Origin: an uncultured Porphyromonadaceae bacterium
GTDB lineage: Bacteria; Bacteroidota; Bacteroidia; Bacteroidales; UBA12481
Reading direction: 5' to 3'
NCBI GenBank assembly: GCA_964547475.1
Contig: CAZJNQ010000001.1
Location: forward strand, 2,795-66,794
Length of the DNA stretch: 64,000 bases
In this document: piece by piece, positions 57,584-64,000 of the stretch
How the letters are laid out: each line of letters begins with the position of its first letter
How positions within the stretch are numbered: the stretch's first letter is position 1
Position numbers and translations under genes: made by a program
The notes under the pieces: generated by a model
What the model saw: only the letters and a program-made list of their open reading frames with translations
What the model was told of the DNA's origin: nothing
Database searches by the model: none

Positions 57584-57635
57584 CTTTCTCCTTCCTCCTT
57601 CCTCCTTCCTCCTTTCTCCTTCCTCCTTCCTCCTT
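57584..57635 (+). repeat. 52-nt uninterrupted homopyrimidine tract of 7-nt repeats filling a convergent intergenic spacer
   Basis: Read directly: CTTTCTC (CTTCCTC)x3 CTTTCTC (CTTCCTC)x2 CTT. It starts at the base after the dsbD-like stop and runs into the ubiD-family stop codon (57634-57636). Confidence 0.95.
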
Positions 57636-59526
57636 ACTCTATGACCCTCGCTCCCCCCTCTCTCACCAGCGGCCGGTACTCCAGTGAAGGTGACGGGATC
57701 ATGGGTCCCAGGCCGTAACTGTCCCATTTCCGGTCGACCAGGCTGATCGTTGTGTCATCCATCACCACAGGGTTAGGCCACGGCCTCCTGAATCCATCCA
57801 TCTCCCTGGATTTGGCGGTTGCATCGACGAACAAAATTCCATTTTCACTGGTTTGTCCCGGTGCGGATATCACGATGTCATTTGACGCGTCCGCATGGTT
57901 TCCGACCAGCCAGACCAGGTCATAGGTCCTCTTCAGGTTGACCTCCCTGTCAAAGAAGAACCAGAATCGGATAGGGGAAAAAAACTCTTCCTGGCGGATA
58001 TCATCCATCAATTCACGGATCATTCCCGGCCGCCCCTTTGACAAGGAAACGAGCCCCACTGCGATTCCTTTCCGGATCCAATCGAGATTGATGTCCGTAA
58101 TCTCAGGATGAACCGACCGGAAAGAAGCCAGTGAATTCAGGTCCGGATACTGATCCTGAACGGCATCGGTTTCCAGGACCGGACCGGTTGCGTCAAGGCC
58201 CAATTTCCCTCCGTACACGGGTTCTGCCGATGAATGATCAAGACAATCCAGCGGTCCTGTCGCCCTTTCGACATGTTTGGCAGGATCTACGCGGGCCGAA
58301 ACAAATCGGGCTAAAGCCTCATAATCCGTCAATCGAGGTTCGTTACCTACGATGATGGCTAACTTGGTGAACATCATCTGCCCCGCGCCCCAGAGGGCGT
58401 GCAGGGCCTTGCGTCCGTGCCCGGGAAAAGCCGTTTCGATTGATGCCAGGACCAGGTTATGGGCCACTCCTGCCGTTGGCATATGGAAACCGGTCAGTTC
58501 GGGCACCAGGGACAAACGGATTAAAGGTTCAAACAGCCGTTCGGTCGCCCATTCGATCCAGGCATCTTCCTGAGGGGGAATTCCGACGACCGTTGCCGGG
58601 TAAACAGCCTCTTCCCGGTGAGTAATGGCCGTTACATGGAATACCGGATAGGCATCTTCGAGGGAATAGAATCCGGTATGGTCACCAAACGGGCCCTCCT
58701 GACGGAGGGGCTCCTCCGGATCAACATACCCCTCAATCACAAAATCGCAATCCTGCGGAACCCATAAATCCTGTGTAATGCACCTGACCAGCCTGACCGG
58801 TTCCTTTCGGATAAAGCCAGCCAGCAGGTATTCGTCGATCCCGTCCGGCAGGGGTGCCGTGGCGCAATAGGTGTAAACCGGATCTCCGCCCAGCGCCACA
58901 GCCACAGGCATTTTCCTTTTGAGCCTTTCATGTTCGCGGTAGTGCCGTGCCCCGGTTTTATGCAAGTGCCAGTGCATTCCTGTCGTCCTTGTATCGAAAA
59001 CCTGCATCCGGTACATACCCAGGTTCGGCGACCCGGTCACAGGATCTATTGTGTGCACGAGAGGCAGCGTGATGAAAGGGCCGCCGTCATGGGGCCAGCA
59101 TGTCAGTACCGGTAGTTTTTGTAGGTCAGGTTCCGGTTCTATTATTTCCTGACAACGTCCCCGGCCATTTTTCTTCACCGGCAGCCAACCCGATACCTTA
59201 CCCAGGAGAGGAAGCTTACCGACTTTTGCGATCAGGCCTGAACCGGCTCCGGTCAGGGAGCTGATCAGCCGGGTGACCTCGAGGGCCAGCTCTTCCGGCA
59301 GATATCCCCTGAAGGCGAGCTTGATCCGGCTTGCAGATCCCAGGGAATTGATCAGAAGAGGGAATCCGGTTCCGTTGTTTTCAAACAGCAATGCCTTTCC
59401 TCCGCCTTCTGACTTGGATATCCTGTCGGTTATCTCCGTGATTTCAAGTCGTGTCGATACCTTTTCCCTGATCCTGGTCAGTTCCCCGCTCTTTTCAAGC
59501 AGCCGAATAAAAGCCTGCAGATCCAT
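57634..59526 (-). CDS. UbiD family decarboxylase (menaquinone-biosynthesis-decarboxylase-like) with long C-terminal extension
   Basis: 630 aa. The N-terminal ~440 aa show UbiD-like sequence (MDLQAFIRLLEKSGEL..., GGDP, GPFGDHTGFY). About 190 extra C-terminal residues follow. Confidence 0.8.
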   Translation of the reverse strand: MDLQAFIRLLEKSGELTRIREKVSTRLEITEITDRISKSEGGGKALLFENNGTGFPLLINSLGSASRIKLAFRGYLPEELALEVTRLISSLTGAGSGLIAKVGKLPLLGKVSGWLPVKKNGRGRCQEIIEPEPDLQKLPVLTCWPHDGGPFITLPLVHTIDPVTGSPNLGMYRMQVFDTRTTGMHWHLHKTGARHYREHERLKRKMPVAVALGGDPVYTYCATAPLPDGIDEYLLAGFIRKEPVRLVRCITQDLWVPQDCDFVIEGYVDPEEPLRQEGPFGDHTGFYSLEDAYPVFHVTAITHREEAVYPATVVGIPPQEDAWIEWATERLFEPLIRLSLVPELTGFHMPTAGVAHNLVLASIETAFPGHGRKALHALWGAGQMMFTKLAIIVGNEPRLTDYEALARFVSARVDPAKHVERATGPLDCLDHSSAEPVYGGKLGLDATGPVLETDAVQDQYPDLNSLASFRSVHPEITDINLDWIRKGIAVGLVSLSKGRPGMIRELMDDIRQEEFFSPIRFWFFFDREVNLKRTYDLVWLVGNHADASNDIVISAPGQTSENGILFVDATAKSREMDGFRRPWPNPVVMDDTTISLVDRKWDSYGLGPMIPSPSLEYRPLVREGGARVIE

Positions 59527-59552
59527 AATTCACCTGATTAGCCGTAGAAGAT

Positions 59553-59582
59553 AACAAAAAACCCGGGTTTGCGGGCCCGGGT
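59553..59582 (-). terminator. Intrinsic terminator after rplQ
   Basis: Minus-strand reading ACCCGGG / CCCGCAAA loop / CCCGGGT followed by TTTTTGTTAT. It begins 22 nt after the rplQ stop. Confidence 0.7.
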
Positions 59583-59603
59583 GGTCGTAATCTGAAATTA
59601 ATA

Positions 59604-60275
59604 TCATTCCCTGGTTTCTGAAGCCTCTTCGGCAGCCGGTTCATTCTTCACCGGGGTTTCTTCAACGGCTTTGACTTTCTTGGTTTTACCTGCTTCTTCA
59701 GCTTTCTTGGTCTTCACTGCTCCCCCTGCATTCTTTTTGGGAGTTTTAGGAGCCGGTTTCTTTTTTTCAGCGGCAGGTTTGGCTTTTTCAACGTCAATTT
59801 TTTCGGCTGTTTCACCAGCAACTTTTTCGGTCGTTTCACCGGCAATTTTTTTTGTGGTTTTCCGGGAACGGCGGGTTGTTTTAACTTTGGCTTCGGCTTT
59901 GCCCTTCAGCATGTTGTCATTGAAATCGACCAGTTCTATGATGCACATTTCAGCTCCGTCTCCCAGACGGGTACCGGTCTTCAGGATCCGGGTATAACCA
60001 CCGGGACGATCGGCCACTTTCTGTATCACATCCCGGAACAAGGTTGTAACAGCTTCCTTATCTGTCAGATAGCTAAAAACAATCCTGCGTGAATGGGTCG
60101 TATCTTCCTTGGCACGGGTAATCAGAGGTTCAACATATTTGCGCAATGCCTTGGCTTTGGCAACGGTAGTGGTAATCCTCTTGCTTTTTATCAGTGAACT
60201 GGCCATGTTGGCCAGCATAGAATCCCTGTGTGAGTCTGTCCTTCCTAAATTATTCTGTTTATCACCGTGTCTCAT
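59604..60275 (-). CDS. rplQ: 50S ribosomal protein L17 with Lys/Ala/Glu-rich C-terminal tail
   Basis: 223 aa beginning [29 protein letters not shown] (L17 signature). A low-complexity tail of about 100 aa follows. Confidence 0.93.
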   Translation of the reverse strand: MRHGDKQNNLGRTDSHRDSMLANMASSLIKSKRITTTVAKAKALRKYVEPLITRAKEDTTHSRRIVFSYLTDKEAVTTLFRDVIQKVADRPGGYTRILKTGTRLGDGAEMCIIELVDFNDNMLKGKAEAKVKTTRRSRKTTKKIAGETTEKVAGETAEKIDVEKAKPAAEKKKPAPKTPKKNAGGAVKTKKAEEAGKTKKVKAVEETPVKNEPAAEEASETRE

Positions 60276-60300
60276 TTCTTTTTTCTTAAATCTTTACTCT

Positions 60301-61293
60301 TTATTCTTTATCCAACTTGTACTTAGCCACATCCATGCCGAAATTCAGGTTCATGGTTTTCAGCAGGTCTTCCAGCTCGGTAAGGGATTTCTTGCCGAAA
60401 TTCCTGAATTTGAGCAGGTCGTTTTTATTATAGGCTACCAGGTCCCCCAGGGTTTCTACATCGGCAGCCTTGAGGCAATTCAGAGCCCTGACCGACAGAT
60501 CCAGGTCGGTCAGTTTGGTTTTCAATTGCTGCCTCATATGGAGGACTTCCTCATCGAACTCTTCGCTGTCCATTTTTTCATCCGATTCAAGGGTGATTTT
60601 CTCATCCGAGAAAAGCATGAAATGGTGAATCAGTATTTTGGCCGACTCTTTCAAGGCATCTTTAGGGTGGATCGAACCATCCGTCTGGATCTCCAGGATC
60701 AGTTTTTCATAGTCGGTCTTTTGTTCAACGCGGAAATTCTCGATCGTGTACTTAACGTTCCGGATCGGCGTGAAGACCGAGTCAAGGGCAATCAGGCCGA
60801 TTTCGGCATCATCCGGTTTGTTTTCTTCTGAGGGCACATAACCCCTGCCTTTATTGATAGTCAGCGTCATCTGAAATTTCACTGCCGGATCCATCCTGCA
60901 GATCGGCTGGTCCGGGTTCAGAACCTTAAAACCGCTAAGAAAATTCCCGATATCGGCAGCCTTAAGAGAATCTTGGCCTGTAACCGCGATGGTAACCCGT
61001 TCATCCTCCACTCCTTCAATCTGCTGTTTAAACCGGATCTGTTTCAGGTTAAGCAGAACCTCTGTCACATCTTCCATAACACCCTTGATGGTGGAGAACT
61101 CGTGATCCACCCCTTCAATCTTGACAGTTGTGATGGCGAATCCTTCGAGTGAGCTCAGGAGGATGCGGCGGAGGGCATTACCAATGGTAATCCCGTAGCC
61201 CGGTTCAAGTGGCCGGAATTCGAACTTCCCGTACTGCGGGTCCGATTCAAGCAGGATAACCTTATCAGGTTTCTGAAAAGATAAAATGGCCAT
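60301..61293 (-). CDS. rpoA: DNA-directed RNA polymerase subunit alpha
   Basis: 330 aa with the N-terminal domain ([12 protein letters not shown]) and C-terminal domain ([14 protein letters not shown]...LG DL). Sits between rpsD and rplQ. Confidence 0.97.
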   Translation of the reverse strand: MAILSFQKPDKVILLESDPQYGKFEFRPLEPGYGITIGNALRRILLSSLEGFAITTVKIEGVDHEFSTIKGVMEDVTEVLLNLKQIRFKQQIEGVEDERVTIAVTGQDSLKAADIGNFLSGFKVLNPDQPICRMDPAVKFQMTLTINKGRGYVPSEENKPDDAEIGLIALDSVFTPIRNVKYTIENFRVEQKTDYEKLILEIQTDGSIHPKDALKESAKILIHHFMLFSDEKITLESDEKMDSEEFDEEVLHMRQQLKTKLTDLDLSVRALNCLKAADVETLGDLVAYNKNDLLKFRNFGKKSLTELEDLLKTMNLNFGMDVAKYKLDKE

Positions 61294-61311
61294 TGATCAG
61301 GATTTAAGCGT

Positions 61312-61920
61312 TTATTTGGAATATAATTCAACTATAAGCTGTTCCTTGATGGTTTCCGGAATTTCCGACCGTTCGGGAACGTTCAGGAATTTGCCGGTCA
61401 TCAGGTTATTATCCCATTCGAGCCAGGAAGTTCTGGATCTGGTAGAAGAGGCTAATGCATTGAGTATCACTTCCAATGATTTTGACTTTTCGCGTACTGC
61501 GACGATGTCGCCGGGTTTGACGGTATAGGAAGAGATATTGACAACCTTCCCGTTGACCACGATGTGACGATGGCTGACCAGCTGGCGGGCGGCTGCGCGG
61601 GTGTTGGCAATCCCGAGGCGGTAGACCACGTTATCAAGGCGCGATTCCAGCAGCTGAAGCAACACTTCGCCTGTGATCCCTTTGGTTCGCTGGGCTTTGT
61701 AAAACAGGTTGGCAAATTGTTTTTCGAGAACGCCATAGGTATATTTGGCCTTTTGCTTCTCCTTCAACTGTACGCCGTATTCCGATAGTTTTCTCCTTCT
61801 GCGCGACGGGCCGTGGAACCCCGGAGGATAATTCCGCTTGTCAAAATACTTGTCCGATCCGTATATCGGTTCACCGAATTTTCTGGCAATCTTGGTTTTG
61901 GGTCCTATATACTTAGCCAT
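61312..61920 (-). CDS. rpsD: 30S ribosomal protein S4
   Basis: 202 aa beginning [17 protein letters not shown], with an S4 RNA-binding domain. Confidence 0.97.
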   Translation of the reverse strand: MAKYIGPKTKIARKFGEPIYGSDKYFDKRNYPPGFHGPSRRRRKLSEYGVQLKEKQKAKYTYGVLEKQFANLFYKAQRTKGITGEVLLQLLESRLDNVVYRLGIANTRAAARQLVSHRHIVVNGKVVNISSYTVKPGDIVAVREKSKSLEVILNALASSTRSRTSWLEWDNNLMTGKFLNVPERSEIPETIKEQLIVELYSK

Positions 61921-61956
61921 CTGGTTCTTATTTAACGTTATTTACTTGCCCTGGAA

Positions 61957-62349
61957 TTACACCCTTCTGCGTTTTGCCGGACGGCATCCATTGTGCGGAA
62001 GCGGAGTGACATCCACAATCTCAACCACTTCAATTCCGCTGTTATGGATCGTGCGAATGGCTGATTCCCGGCCGTTACCGGGGCCTTTCACGAATACCTT
62101 GACTTTCCGCAATCCGAGGTCGTAAGCCACTTTTGATGCATCTTGTGCGGCGACCTGGGCTGCGTAAGGGGTGTTCTTCTTGGATCCCCTGAATCCGTTT
62201 TTTCCGCTCGAGGACCATGAAATCACCTGACCGGCATTGTTGGTCAGGGATATGATTATATTATTGAATGAAGAGTGGATGTGTGCTTCTCCCAGGGGTT
62301 CAACCTGGACGATCCGTCTCTTCGCCGTTTTAGTCTTCTTTTTTGCCAT
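61957..62349 (-). CDS. rpsK: 30S ribosomal protein S11
   Basis: 130 aa with S11 signature sequences ([26 protein letters not shown]). Confidence 0.97.
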   Translation of the reverse strand: MAKKKTKTAKRRIVQVEPLGEAHIHSSFNNIIISLTNNAGQVISWSSSGKNGFRGSKKNTPYAAQVAAQDASKVAYDLGLRKVKVFVKGPGNGRESAIRTIHNSGIEVVEIVDVTPLPHNGCRPAKRRRV

Positions 62350-62359
62350 ACTTCACCGG

Positions 62360-62737
62360 TTATTTAGTCGCTTTTTTCTTGTTTGCCACGGTTTTACGTC
62401 TTCCTTTACGGGTGCGCGCGTTATTCTTGGTACTCTGGCCGCGGACCGGAAGTCCCAGGCGGTGGCGGATCCCGCGATAGCATCCGATATCAAGGAGACG
62501 TTTAATATTCAACTGGGTTTCTGAACGTAATTCTCCCTCAATCTTAAAGTTCTCATTGATATAGTTACGGATGGCTGCACTTTGTTCATCGGTCCAGTCC
62601 TGTACCTTGCGGTCCTTGTCGACACCGGCGGCAGCCAGGATCTTCCTTGCGTTGCTCCGGCCGATCCCGTAAATATAGGTGAGGCCGATTTCGCCCCTCT
62701 TGTTGTTTGGTATGTCAACACCAACGATACGTGCCAT
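62360..62737 (-). CDS. rpsM: 30S ribosomal protein S13
   Basis: 125 aa beginning [14 protein letters not shown] and containing [15 protein letters not shown]. Confidence 0.97.
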   Translation of the reverse strand: MARIVGVDIPNNKRGEIGLTYIYGIGRSNARKILAAAGVDKDRKVQDWTDEQSAAIRNYINENFKIEGELRSETQLNIKRLLDIGCYRGIRHRLGLPVRGQSTKNNARTRKGRRKTVANKKKATK

Positions 62738-62772
62738 ATTAGATATTCCTAAATGAGTTTAAAAAATCCTGT

Positions 62773-62889
62773 TTAACCCTGACGTTGCTTGAATTTCGGG
62801 TTCTTCTTGTTAATCACGTATAACCGTCCTTTCCGGCGTACGATCTTGCACTCGGCGGAACGTTTTCTAACGGATGCTCTGACCTTCAT
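62773..62889 (-). CDS. rpmJ: 50S ribosomal protein L36
   Basis: Hand-translated on the minus strand as [38 protein letters not shown] plus TAA. Too short for the ORF track. Lies between infA and rpsM as expected. Confidence 0.93.
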   Translation of the reverse strand: MKVRASVRKRSAECKIVRRKGRLYVINKKNPKFKQRQG

Positions 62890-62904
62890 AATCGATCGGT
62901 ATTA

Positions 62905-63126
62905 TCAGTTTTTGTATCGGTATGCAATTCTTCCTTTTGTCAGGTCATAGGGTGACATTTCAACTCTTACCTTGTCACCCGGTAATATTTTAATATAATG
63001 CATGCGCATCTTCCCTGAGATATGGGCTGTTATAACATGCCCATTTTCCAGTTCAACGCGGAACATGGCGTTTGAAAGCGCCTCGATGATTGTTCCATCC
63101 TGTTCGATAGAAGGCTGCTTTGGCAT
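62905..63126 (-). CDS. infA: Translation initiation factor IF-1
   Basis: 73 aa: [17 protein letters not shown]...[28 protein letters not shown]. Confidence 0.97.
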   Translation of the reverse strand: MPKQPSIEQDGTIIEALSNAMFRVELENGHVITAHISGKMRMHYIKILPGDKVRVEMSPYDLTKGRIAYRYKN

Positions 63127-63129
63127 ATA

Positions 63130-63906
63130 TTACTGTTTACAAACTACTTCTTCAATCACAGAGAAATCAGACAAAATATCTGCCCCGTATTCCCGGATGG
63201 CCACCGTATGTTCAAAATGGGCCGAAGGCTTGTGATCGGCAGTCCGGATAGTCCATCCGTCCCGTTCCTGGTAGATATGCCTTTTCCCAAGATTGATCAT
63301 CGGTTCTATGGCAATGGTGAGTCCGGTTTGAAGAGCCGGTCCGGTGCCCGGCTTCCCGTAATTGGGCACCTCCGGAGGCTCATGCAGTGACCTGCCAACT
63401 CCATGCCCCACCATCTCTCTTACTATCGAAAAGCCGTTACTCTCCGCATGTTTTTGAACCGCGGAGCCAATATCACCCACCCGGTTTCCACTCCTGGCTT
63501 TTTCTATGCCCAGGTAAAGACACTCTTTAGTGATACGGACGAGTTTCCGCACATCGGCCGGTACATCACCTATCATAAAGGTGTAAGCGGAATCCCCGTT
63601 GAAGCCGTTCAGCAGCACCCCGCAGTCGACTGATACAATATCGCCGTCCCTGAGGACTCTGGCCGACGGGATACCGTGCACCACCTGATCGTTGATCGAG
63701 ATACACAAAGTGGCCGGGTAGGCATGGTAACCCTTAAAACCGGGTATTCCCCCGTGGTCACGGATGAACTCCTCCGCGAGGCGGTCGATGGATCCGGTTG
63801 TTACACCCGGTTTCATCATTCCGGCGGTGGCAGCGAGTGTGGCAGAAACCAGTAGATTGCTTTGCCTGAGCAATTCAATCTCTTCGTCTGATTTTATCTG
63901 AAACAT
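63130..63906 (-). CDS. map: Type I methionine aminopeptidase
   Basis: 258 aa with the metal ligand pattern (D in VSVDCG, GDSA, HGVG, IEPM, EHT). Confidence 0.95.
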   Translation of the reverse strand: MFQIKSDEEIELLRQSNLLVSATLAATAGMMKPGVTTGSIDRLAEEFIRDHGGIPGFKGYHAYPATLCISINDQVVHGIPSARVLRDGDIVSVDCGVLLNGFNGDSAYTFMIGDVPADVRKLVRITKECLYLGIEKARSGNRVGDIGSAVQKHAESNGFSIVREMVGHGVGRSLHEPPEVPNYGKPGTGPALQTGLTIAIEPMINLGKRHIYQERDGWTIRTADHKPSAHFEHTVAIREYGADILSDFSVIEEVVCKQ

Positions 63907-63927
63907 ATAAAGAACACCTTAATGCAG

Positions 63928-64000
63928 CTAGATGGAAGCCATGCTACCTGTACGGCCCTTGATCCGGCCGGATTTCATCAGGCCGTCATAGTGCCGCATG
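63928..64000 (-). CDS. secY: Preprotein translocase SecY, C-terminal fragment (start beyond window)
   Basis: The minus-strand translation ...MRHYDGLMKSGRIKGRTGSMASI plus TAG matches a SecY C-terminus. The position upstream of map is the canonical spc operon order. Confidence 0.75.
   Translation of the reverse strand, partial: MRHYDGLMKSGRIKGRTGSMASI

Noticed and set aside
57584-57635. Pyrimidine heptamer tracts as a CRISPR array, coding repeat or phase-variable promoter
   Set aside because: There are no spacers or longer repeat units, no ORF context, and all three tracts sit at gene 3' ends rather than between -35/-10-type elements. I kept them as a non-coding repeat family instead.
56966-57727. 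253-aa minus-strand ORF whose N-terminal part translates the pyrimidine tract as RKEEGERRKEEGGRRK
   Set aside because: It runs antisense through the dsbD-like thioredoxin domain and across an intergenic repeat. The charged repeat is just the GA-strand reading of the tract.
60109-60831. 240-aa plus-strand ORF opposite rplQ/rpoA
   Set aside because: It overlaps universally conserved ribosomal and RNAP genes on the other strand, and its translation is Leu/Phe-rich nonsense.

Overview
This is a gene-dense chromosomal segment that reads as a Bacteroidota genome. Supporting signs are recurring TAnnTTTG promoter boxes, gldD-gldE, a uppS-bamA-skp-skp-murI block and DUF6089/DUF4924-type genes. I call 65 protein-coding genes, two of them cut by the window edges. 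I found no rRNA, tRNA, CRISPR array, transposase/integrase or recognisable defence island. Left to right the window holds: the hydrogenase maturation operon hypF(partial)-CDEAB; a minus-strand block of korA-korB, two giant receiver-domain/ATP-grasp proteins and gdhA; an envelope block (murI, 2x skp, bamA, uppS); housekeeping genes (nadK, pdxJ, udk, manA, engB, prs, rplY, pth); an OmpR-type two-component pair; aldehyde dehydrogenase, S9 peptidase and SRAP; hisS-hutH; an ECF sigma trio; tkt; ychF; secreted hydrolases; a GGGP-synthase-like gene, gldD, gldE and ssb; hup plus a 30-aa basic peptide; rng; a dsbD-like gene; a ubiD-family gene; and the tail of the spc/alpha ribosomal operon (secY partial, map, infA, rpmJ, rpsM, rpsK, rpsD, rpoA, rplQ). 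Most of this is ordinary core genome. The best candidate for something undescribed is the overlapping pair of 1171-aa and 998-aa proteins at 5095-11590. Each has a degenerate receiver, a canonical receiver and a PEP-synthase-type ATP-grasp domain. I could not find the phosphohistidine swivel or PEP/pyruvate domains; a conserved C-terminal module follows the ATP-grasp instead. The pair sits between korAB and gdhA. The second notable signal is a dispersed family of 7-nt-periodic homopyrimidine tracts at three gene 3' ends, always pyrimidine in the sense of the upstream gene. All product calls rest on my own recognition of motifs in the supplied translations; no database, HMM or folding computation was possible.
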